NCBI GenBank assembly: GCA_002633005.1
Contig: NMRA01001097.1
Span: forward strand, 1 to 38,340
Length of the DNA: 38,340 nt
From: Phoronis australis
Lineage: Eukaryota > Animalia > Phoronida
Direction of reading: 5' to 3'
Positions within the stretch are counted from its first letter, which is position 1. Each line of letters starts with the position of its first letter. The notes beneath the pieces were generated by a model that ran no database searches, was not told where the DNA came from, and saw only the letters and a program-made list of their open reading frames with translations. Below, piece after piece: positions 25,600 through 35,170 of this stretch. The position numbers and the translations under genes were made by a program.

Positions 25600-25768
25600 G
25601 AAATGAAGTCTAGATTGCATGAAAACCTACCGAATTATAAGGATTTGTAATCAACCAAAAATATATTCCCATATGGGCCGACAGAAATGAAGTCTAGATT
25701 GCATGAAAACCTACCGAATTATAAGGATTTGTAATCAACCAAAAATATATTCCCATATGGGCCGACAG
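25600..25768. repeat. Perfect 84-bp tandem duplication
   Basis: gaaatgaagtctagattg...catatgggccgaca at 25600 and again at 25684. Confidence 0.95.
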
Positions 25769-26303
25769 TATACGATTTCCGTTAGGCTTACGGGAACAAC
25801 CAGAATCAGAATATTCCGATTTGGGCCGGAACAGTAACACAAAACGTCGAAGTGCGCACGTCAGATCTTAATTGTAGCCAGCAAGCTACTTGTTTGAAGA
25901 CTGTCGCCAAAATACAGCTAGGCCTACGCGACACTGTGGATTTAGTTCCGTTAGACCACGCTATTTCATAGAGGCCGGGTACGAGTACTGTTAGTCACCT
26001 TAATTAGTCTCTGTAGTATGCAAGAAAAAAAAACAATATTTTTATGAACAGTACTTGCATTTATGATGTTAAAAAGGTGTTTTAGTCGCTGGAGGCTATC
26101 TTTAACGGAACAGATTTATCCTGGTGTATTTTTACTTCTTTTACTAGAGAGTTCCTAAAGAGGTTATTGTATTTAGAACTGCACACTTTTAAGAAATTTC
26201 ACTTTGAAGTAGCGTAATATTCACCGAAAAAACAATTGTAGGCGGTCTGATATGCGTTGTATGCGCAGGCCTAGCAAATTTTTATGCTTTATTAATATAT
26301 GGT

Positions 26304-26421
26304 TAAAACCGAGCTCAGGAGCTAGGAACCTGGCTCAAGGGTTCAGCAGTCTGACCTGGTTTGACTCGAACCCACGACCTGAGTACAGAAAGCGGGCCTT
26401 TATCAACCAGGCCACCCTGCC
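26304..26421 (-). mobile_element. tRNA-derived SINE head with a CORE-like segment, degraded
   Basis: The - strand reads ggcagggTGGCCTGGTTG (A box) ... GGTTCGAGTC (B box; plus 26363-26372) ... gaacCCTTGAGCCAGG (CORE-like CCTTGRGCAAG). It does not fold into an intact cloverleaf. Confidence 0.65.
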
Positions 26422-26703
26422 TTCGAATAGCTTAGTGACGAGTGAAATCATAATAACCAGTCGACGTCACGAACGAGATGGTGACTGCTAAAAGCCCTCT
26501 TTTAAAAATTTTGTTTATGATAGAACTTGTTGTTTATATTTTCTTATAGACTTGATGGTTTTGACCACAATCATCAACAACTTTTTTAAGGCTGTATTCT
26601 TAAGGTGTAAACAACTCGGCTGAACGGCATACGCAGTATTCCTTATCACTCACGGTTGATCGATCGTCAAACAAGAATCGAGTATCTCCAATAGTAACAC
26701 AAA

Positions 26704-26711
26704 TGACGTCA
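26704..26711. promoter_or_regulatory. Palindromic CRE (TGACGTCA) in the putative promoter of the ankyrin-like gene
   Basis: Perfect CRE about 90 bp upstream of the ATG at 26800. Function is inferred from position only. Confidence 0.35.
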
Positions 26712-26799
26712 ATGGGTTTTTACAATGACGAATCACAACCTGAAAATAACAGTCCCGTCGTACAGAGTTGGCACAGATTCAAAGGCACATTGAAAGAAG

Positions 26800-26865
26800 A
26801 TGGCAGCAAAAAAGGCAAGTGGCGGATCTGAAGGTTACCTCCTCGCCAAAAATCAAAAGAAAAAG
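26800..26865 (+). CDS. First coding exon of a probable ankyrin-repeat protein: MAAKKASGGSEGYLLAKNQKKK
   Basis: ATG in a strong Kozak context (aagATGG), 22 open codons and a phase-0 donor AAG|GTAGGT (26866), in frame with the exon at 31910. Confidence 0.6.
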
Positions 26866-27293
26866 GTAGGTACAGTGTCTGTGCTTTTGTCAATCGTATG
26901 TTTGACCTTGAAAACCTAATGTACAACGCTGTTAACCCGCAAGCCCGAATTTCCGTGAACAGCAAGAAATCGAAGCCTTCAGCGACTCATGAAAAAGCAT
27001 CACTAAAACTTGCGAATTCTAAAAGGATACACATACGTTTTCTTGTGACTTGAATTGGCCTGGGAAACATAATTATTTTACAAACAATGTTAAGAAATCA
27101 ATTTTACAAGAGTAGAAACATGCCTTTTCATGTATTCATCCTAAACAGGGGGGTATGGATATTTTGAAATCCAACGCACGTCGTATTCATGCAGATCACT
27201 GTTATATTGCTAATTTACAAAAAGAAAAAGACATCCGAGTGCTCATTATGCCCTCACCGTTGAGTCTATCGCAGTTTGTTATTAAACCTTGAG

Positions 27294-27747
27294 TATCTAC
27301 ACTATACTAAAGTTGTCCACTGTTATCCTGTTACTGTCTAGAATATTTACATATAATACTAATGTTGACCACTGTCATCCTGTTACTGACCAGAAAATCT
27401 ATATTATACTAAAGTTTCCACTGTTATCCTGTTAACGACTAAAATATCTACACTATACTAATGTTGACCACTGTTATCCTGTTACTGACTAGAATATCTA
27501 TATTATACTAAAGTTTCCACTGTTATCTTGTTAACGACCAAAATATCTACACTATACTAATGTTGACCACTGTTATCCTGTTACTGACTAGAATATCTAT
27601 GTTATACTAAAGTTGTCCACTGTTATCCTGTTACTGACTAGAATATCAATGTCATACTAAAGTTGACCAATGTTATCCTGTTACTGACTAGAATATCTAT
27701 GTTATACTAAAGTTGTCCACAGTTATCCTGTTACCGACTAGAATATC
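27294..27747. repeat. ~50-bp minisatellite, 9 copies, alternating variants
   Basis: The tgttatcctgtta landmark (with minor variants) occurs at 27321, 27373, 27422, 27472, 27521, 27571, 27621, 27671 and 27721. Confidence 0.95.
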
Positions 27748-28342
27748 GAAATCCTCAGCGACTCAGAGCTACATGTATAACATAGCAAAATTCGTAATGT
27801 TTTACGACTTTATTACAAATCACCAATTCTCATCAAATTGCGTCATGAACTTTGAATTTCCTGACATCATATAACAGTTGGGTCGGAGCTCAGTGCCGTT
27901 TGCATGAAACAGCTCCAAATAGGGAATTGACTAAGTTTTCTAAATCTAATGTGAGCCTCTGGACTTGTGAAATCACCGCTTTTTCAGCACTAATTAAACA
28001 ACGTAGGGGGCTTCTCAGTGTCAGTTGAGAAGTTTATCTAGGAAACGCAGTGGGTGTGACGTAGACACACAGAGGAGCTGTACACCATTGTTCTTAACGT
28101 AGTATACATAGTGTTTTCATGTAGTGTGACGTAGACACAGTAGGGTACATGTAGCAGAGAGAGGGGAGCCGACAGAGCATTGACAACGGGAATCAACTAA
28201 AAATATTGTTTTTAGAAATTGTAGCTGATTTGTAGTTGAATTGAATGAGGTTTGTATTTTATGTTGCATCTGCTTTACTTTTATTAGTGCTAGTGTGCAT
28301 TTGAGTAGAGAGAGAGTGACATCTAGTAAACGTAGTCCCATC

Positions 28343-28473
28343 CATCACTAAACCTCTGCACGCTATTGTGTAGGCGCACTCGACATCACCAAACCTCTGC
28401 ACGCTACTATGTAGACGTACTGAACATCACCAAACCTCTGTACGCTACTACAGTATGTAGACGCGCTGAACAC
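28343..28473. repeat. 41-bp minisatellite, 3 copies
   Basis: catcac(t/c)aaacctctg.acgcta at 28343, 28384 and 28425; the third copy has a 5-bp insertion. Confidence 0.9.
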
Positions 28474-30141
28474 CTTTTCACCTAGCGTACCCATGCTGGT
28501 TAAGGCATATATATACTGCTTCGTCACGCAGACGGAAAAGATTGTAAAACTTGAAAACCCAGTTTACTGAAAGGCATTATTCCTATGATGAGAGGGTGTG
28601 GTCTCTGTGTCTCATTTGTATTGTGCTTCAAAACTAATTTTAGAAACAGCTATAGATTTTGCATTACAAAACTAAAATACGCACACGACGGCACTGAAGC
28701 AATGAGTGCAGAGAGGAGAACCGGAATTTATAGACTATTTTGTGGTTGAACATACAGTTTATGCCAAATTGAGGCATTTGCGTTTTGTTACACGAATGTT
28801 GATAGACTTTTCAACTAAAGAGTATTTGAAATGTATGGAAGTATTTGTAAAGTAGCTCGTGGTTGTGAACATTGTAATCATTATTCGTATATTTACGTAC
28901 GATAATCGCAGAGACCAAAACTTATATAAAGGTAAAAAACCACGCAGTGTTAAACTCATTGTTAATTGTACATTGTTACAGAAGAATGATAGGTTGTCGC
29001 TACGTATTTATGTTATTGACAATATTGTTTACAATTCACGTTTAGATATAAATGAGTGTGCTATGTTATAAACGATCAAATGCGCACTTCAAGATTGTGT
29101 GCTGATACGCCGTGCCTGGGGTGAATATTTACATTTTAGTTTAGCATGGCACGGAAGAGGAAACGGTGTGTGCATACACCACCTGCTGGTAGCTAGGGGC
29201 AGACTAAAGATGTTCTCCCGGGTTTTGTCGGCTGGTACAGTTTTCAAATATTGGGCAAGTTGGTTGTTTACTAGAACTGAGTAAAAGCCCTTACGTGCTT
29301 TCAATAATTCATCTACTGACTCAAAGAATGACGTGGTTCCGCTACGCGTGTGTATTTGTGTCATGGTCTAAGCTACACTTTACATAGCTGTAGACAGTAA
29401 CCGTGTATTCTGTGGCGAACATAAACTGAAAGAGGTGGTCTGAGTTGTTCACAGTTGTAACCAGTGACACGTGACTGAAAACAACCATTCACAGATTAGT
29501 ACTCCTCTATCATCATGCAAATGTACTGGCAAGCTGAAGATATTTACATTCTCAGTAAACTTCCCAGGAGAACAAGAAAGCTTTAAGTAGTAAAATATTC
29601 ACATGTCACGGCAGTGGAACATTACTCCGGCGTTATTGCGGATTCTACGCTTGCTTCTGAGAAGACTGCCAAGCTGGAATCTTAAAATAGCTGTAAAATT
29701 TGGCCAATGAAGGTAGTTGAATTGACCCATTACCAGTGTCACTTGTCATTTTGCAGACAGCTCTTCATTGATTGGTTGAGGTAACTGCCTAAGGTCTAGT
29801 TTTTCAAAAACCTTTCTCATACCCTTTGTTAGCCCATGAAAGACAACAAAGCGCTCTTTCATGTGTACAACACTCAATGACAGCAGCCATTTGCACAAGC
29901 GCGTGGTCCGGGGGGTCGATACATCAACTGTTTTACTTGCGGTGTGACTAGAACGTTGTAACCTGGCGTTCTGTCAGTAGCACTAGGACCTACGCTAGGA
30001 CCTACCTAAAACCTAACCAGAATCACGTGTTCTCTTTGAAAATACACGGCAATACCTCACGTAATATCGCGAAGCCTTGCTTTTTAACGAGGTCCTAACG
30101 TCACTGAACGAGAGGCAGTTTCAAGTAGCTGCACCCGCCCG

Positions 30142-30257
30142 CGTTGAATTGCACTGTATATGCAATGCGATATAACCCTCCCAATACACGTCGAATTGTA
30201 TATGCAATGTGATGTTACCCTGCCAATACACGTTGAATTGTATATGCAATGCGATGT
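30142..30257. repeat. ~42-bp minisatellite, ~2.7 copies
   Basis: cgt(t/c)gaattgtatatgcaatg.gat is repeated; the first copy has a 5-bp insertion. Confidence 0.85.
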
Positions 30258-31909
30258 CGCTTTTTGACACCACCAAAATCAAAATCAGGAAGCTATCAAG
30301 TGCGATCAAAAACGTTAATCTAAACTGTTTGTCTAACACCCTTGTACCTACATGCATGTGCTCCTATAGCATTCAGTACATATGTGTACCTCTTTCAAGG
30401 CATACTGACTGTGCTGGAGCCTTACCGGAATGTTGATTCATTTTGACTTTCCATTAGTGATCGATATTAAAATAGTTTAAACAAGATGACACATCTCGCA
30501 CTACAAGTCAGCATTTATTTGTCCACCCCACATCTGTATGTTTTTGTAGACAGGCATCAAGTACGTACTGATCTTTTACTTGTAAATATTTTTCAAAATA
30601 AAATAAACTGTATTTCGAAACTCTGATTTTTGCAAAATAGTAAAACAGCTTTGTTCCTTCGCAGTGAAAATGTAGACAAATGACAGTTGGAGGAGACATT
30701 TGCTTTAACGAAAAAGAATAGTGTATCAAAATCTTCTACTGATTATCATCCAAGCATTTCAACTGTATGATCCAAGGAGCTTCATCGGTGTCACGGCGGT
30801 CTTACAGATTGTTATTTTTTCAACCATTTTCACTCTGCGTTCCAGAAGTTGAAAGGTTTATATATACCAGTGTTTTGTATGAAAATAACTTGACGTAAAA
30901 CCAGTCATTATTCAAGCAGTCTGATCTCACTGTCCCTCGATACATTTCTCCCATCTCTAGAGCAGTGAGAACTGAGAGAGGGGTGCTCGACTGCCGCGTT
31001 GTAATCACGTGGACATTAGGATGCTAAGCCATTTAGATATTGAACCCCAAAAAGTGACCGATTTGCGTCGGAGCAGTTTCCATGAAAAGGTCCTTGGAAA
31101 CTTAATGAACTGCATTTCTATTGGTGTTTGAAATTGACAAATGTTGTACACATTTTCCAGTGAAATTGTGTACTCCAAAATGTGTTTTTTTGTGGAAAAT
31201 CAAATCGATAAAGGTTCTATTTTGTTGGTAATTCTGTCAATACAGCTCCTTAAAGGTTTTTTGTTGGAACCGATATGCGCTTCCTTCTTAAGGAGGCAAG
31301 TTCTAAGACTTTCACCCATCTGAGCGACACGCCCCCGGTAACAAGCCAGTTTACTTTTTCAAAGAACGGGCAACGCTGCTTAGGTCCTATATGTAGATCT
31401 TTGTATTCTTTCACCTTCATAAGTGTCGTATTCTCGTTCTAGTGACGATATACAAAAGGCAATGTGGAATTCACAACACCGCNTCTTTGAGACCTACATG
31501 AAACAAATAATTTCTTTCGATTACGCTATATAATCTTTTCAACAACTATTTAAAGTCCGATGCACTTTTTATACATCTATTATAAAAATGCATCGTTTGC
31601 ACAAACTCCCGGCCGTCTTCCCATCTCCACAACAGACTTTCGTTGCGCCCATTTTGGCGCTGACTTGGTCCCTGGTATTGCACCGCCCCCCTATTTGGAT
31701 TCAAGGTATTCTAGGAAAAAGTAGACATGCGAATGTAGTTTTTTAGTGCGTCAGATTTCCAGCGGGACGACACTAATATCATAATTGCAGGGATGCTCAA
31801 ATGATGTTTAAATGTCACTTGGAAGTATGAAGCAATGTAATGACTCGATGGCGATAGCACATGTACACTGGGTGAAATGTAATTCATATTTATTTGTTAT
31901 TATTTTCAG

Positions 31910-31999
31910 GTTATAAAAGCAGTGGAAGATGGCGACTGTGCGCCTCTTCAGAAATTGATCAAGAATAAATGGAACCTTAACCAACCATTGGACCAGGAA
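31910..31999 (+). CDS. Coding exon with an ankyrin-repeat-like sequence: VIKAVEDGDCAPLQKLIKNKWNLNQPLDQE
   Basis: Textbook acceptor tttgttattattttcAG (31908-31909) and donor GTAAGT (32000); 90 nt, phase 0-0, open. The pattern AV..GD...L..LI.....LN...D matches an ankyrin helix-turn-helix and hairpin. The next exon was not found in the window. Confidence 0.75.
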
Positions 32000-33439
32000 G
32001 TAAGTATGCATACATGAACACTCCCCTAAAAAAATCTTGAAAATATTTTTTGCAACCGTTGCCTTTCAAATTAAATGACTATGTTGAATATTATATTTTT
32101 CGCCAAAACATTTTATTGCCACAGCAGATAGGATTAATCGATTCCATCACTTTGTTGTCTATTAGTTACAATAAAAACATTTAATTTTATTCATTTGTTA
32201 TTGGGTTTGACGTACACGTAATTTGACCTCATATGACCTTGAGGTTCCCTACCATAAACATAAATATTCATTTCTCAATCTGATCACTTTTTGGACTTTG
32301 CGCTTTCCGAGAAAAGAAGTCTTAAGTGCTCCTCTCGCGGACCACCAGTTACTGAGAGAGCTAGTGTTTGTGTTAAAACGTTATTATCAATTGCATACTG
32401 AGCATAACCTGCGCAAAGACAGGGCGACATTCCGTCGATTACGAATCCTCAGTTCAGTCGCTAAATGCATATACATGTAGAGCTCCAACAAATACGCATA
32501 CTACTTACTTTTGATGTAAGTTGTCTAGAATCTTTTGGAAGATTGTTGCGTTTTATTGATGCACCCGAACGCATCTTTTAAAACACTGCACTCTGGAACG
32601 TATTTGCGCCTTTTTATTTTCACGCGTTCGTACCACAAAATCATAGTTCAGGAATATCCCTGCGTGAGGAGCATTCATTTCTTTAAAAGTAAGTTGTACG
32701 GCACTAAAAGCTGCATACGTGTCCATGAATACTTTGTTGGTCTCTCTTTTGATGTTGTTGAATCAAGGTTTGTGTCTTCGCGTTACTTTAGTTTTGAGAA
32801 CATAGTTTAATATAGGTTATTTTAATACATGTGTAGGATTTCGAAAGACGTTCTAACTACTGAAAATACGGATGTGTTGGTGATATTGTCTTCAATAATT
32901 AGGTTCTGGTTTGTAGCATTCACGATCTGACATTTTTAATTTCCCATATCCTTCGCGCACAAGTGTTTATTCCTGAAAGTTCACAGAAATTAAGGCAGTG
33001 TTGTTTTCAGAATTCCCTATAGGTGGCAGGATCGTTAAGGCGTCGGGATTAAAAAGTTTAGAACCTGTTAAGCGGTCTTCAGCATACCAGATGCTGTTTT
33101 TGGCATTGATTATCAGTTTGGTAAATCATCAACACAAACCATTCTGTAATCATGATAGAATATTATATCTACAACCCTCAGGGAGCCTACACGTAAAAAG
33201 AAGGCAAAGCGAATTACGAAAACTTGCAAACTGCAAACAGTTTTAAAGGAATTGAGAAACTATCCAAAATTAATCAGTTTCAACTCAATGGCAGGTTACA
33301 CCTAACGTTCTTTGTCGCGTTATAGACCAACTGATATGATGGCAAAGTTAACTTATCTGGGTTACAGACTCATCAGCTTCCCGGGTCATCCTAGTCCCCA
33401 AGCCTCAAGATGGCGTTGATCGGCTTAGCTTGTTTGTTG

Positions 33440-33615
33440 GTTCGTTAACCGTGTTTCCTCTTGAATTTTAGTTCGTGACCGTGTAATTTGAGTGAATTGA
33501 TCATGTTTTGTGAGTCCAATCCCAAGTTTGCGAGTCATTGAACGGTGTTTGCAGGTACGTGAGTCGTGTTTTTACGTCCGTGACCGTGTTTATGGAGTTG
33601 GTTAACCGTGTAGTT
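33440..33615. repeat. Degenerate 21-bp periodic repeat (cgtgaccgtgttt-like), probably internal to a non-autonomous transposon
   Basis: The motif recurs near 33441, 33473, 33496, 33537, 33558, 33579 and 33600. Confidence 0.55.
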
Positions 33616-33773
33616 TAGATACATTCCTTGTTTTTGTTCTATAAACAAGTCGAATTCTTTGCATGATGTTCAGTTGAAGTTTGCCATAGTTAGACTTCAT
33701 TGATTTATGTGATCCTGCTGATCAATTTATAGTTGTCCGTCTCAACAAGTTATGGTATGCGGTGGGCGTACAC

Positions 33774-35170
33774 GTACTAATAACTGCGAGCCAGAATCAT
33801 GGTCGTAGCCAAGAGCGTGTGTTGGTTGCGAAGAGCATCGTCGGCAAGTGTCGTTCCAAAGATACATAATGTTATCAAAAATGGAACTGGAATTAATTGT
33901 GAAAGATGTAACTGGAATCTTGAAAAACGTGAAAAGCGAAAAACCTGCCAGTTCCGATAGATTTCCAATGTATTGTTTTCTGAAAAAATTGATACTTTTG
34001 TTAGGGAATACTGCGAACTAGGTTAGAGGACTCACGGAATCAAAAATTCGTGCTATAAAATAGGCTTATCCCTTGGAAGAAAAGTCTAATTTCTTGAAAA
34101 GCTAAAAAATTGGAGACATCTCCTTTTGCTTGATGCATTTATTTCAAGTGTTGTTGCTGAACCAGTTCTGATTCCAATTCGCGGGAAGCTTTATCGGAGA
34201 ATTGTTTACATACATTTTATACGACCCCATGCACAATATTATTGAACAAGATATCCTTGTACTGGTGTATATAATCTATAACGGAAACAAATGATTCATC
34301 TTTTATTTTGCTAAATTTGCTAAAAATACCTGAAAGTGATTTTAAGCACTGTTAGAAAGCTCAAAGCATGTTGTCATGCAGCAAGGTTTATATTTTAATT
34401 CTTTCCGATCAACCGCTTTTGTGGAATGTATCCTTATTTTGGTGATATGCTGTGAGCTGTGATATAAGGAATCAGGGCTATCCTAATACAGAATGGTGAA
34501 TGTTGTCCAAGACCCTTTTGTCCACTGGGTGTTCATGTACTAAACACTGCGAGCCAGAATCGTGGCTGTAGCCAAGGGTGTGTGTTAGGGGCGAAGCCAC
34601 TCCCATCGACAAGTGCCGTTCCAAAGTCACATGATGCTTTTGTTAGGTAGCACTGCGGAATAGCTTAAACAGTGGACTCACTGAATCACAAAATCATGCT
34701 ATAATTAAGCTTATCCCTAAGAATTAAAAAAAACGATTTCCTGAAAACCTAAAAAATTTATAGACTTCTCTTTTTGCTTGATGCATGTTTTTCAACTGTT
34801 TTTGCTGAACCAGTTCTGNTTCAAGTGTTGTTGCTGAACCAGTTCTGATGCTCTTTGGGGGGAGGCTTTATCGGAGAATTGTTTACATACATTTTATACG
34901 ACCCCATGCACTATATTATTGAACCATACATCCTTGGACTGATGTTTCTAATCTATGACGGAAACAAATGATTCAACTTTTATTTTGCTAACTTTGCTGA
35001 AAATACGTGAAAGTGATTTGAAACACTATTAGAACATTATCAGCATGTTGTCATGCAGTATGGTATATTTCTAAATTCTTTCCTGTCAACCGCGGTTGTA
35101 GATCGTCTCCTAATTTAGTAATATGCGGTGATCAGAGATATTAGGCATTAGGACCATCGCCATACAACCC
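33774..35170. repeat. Diverged tandem segmental duplication (copy A ~33774-34495, copy B ~34537-35170)
   Basis: Both copies start gtactaa..actgcgagccagaatc and are collinear to gatat.agg.at.agg. Copy A has ~120 extra bp (~33872-33994); copy B has a 29-bp local duplication (~34791-34848). Confidence 0.92.

Noticed and set aside
26330-26421. Functional tRNA gene
   Set aside because: A and B boxes are present, but there is no intact acceptor or anticodon stem and the sequence runs into a CORE-like segment; it is a SINE.
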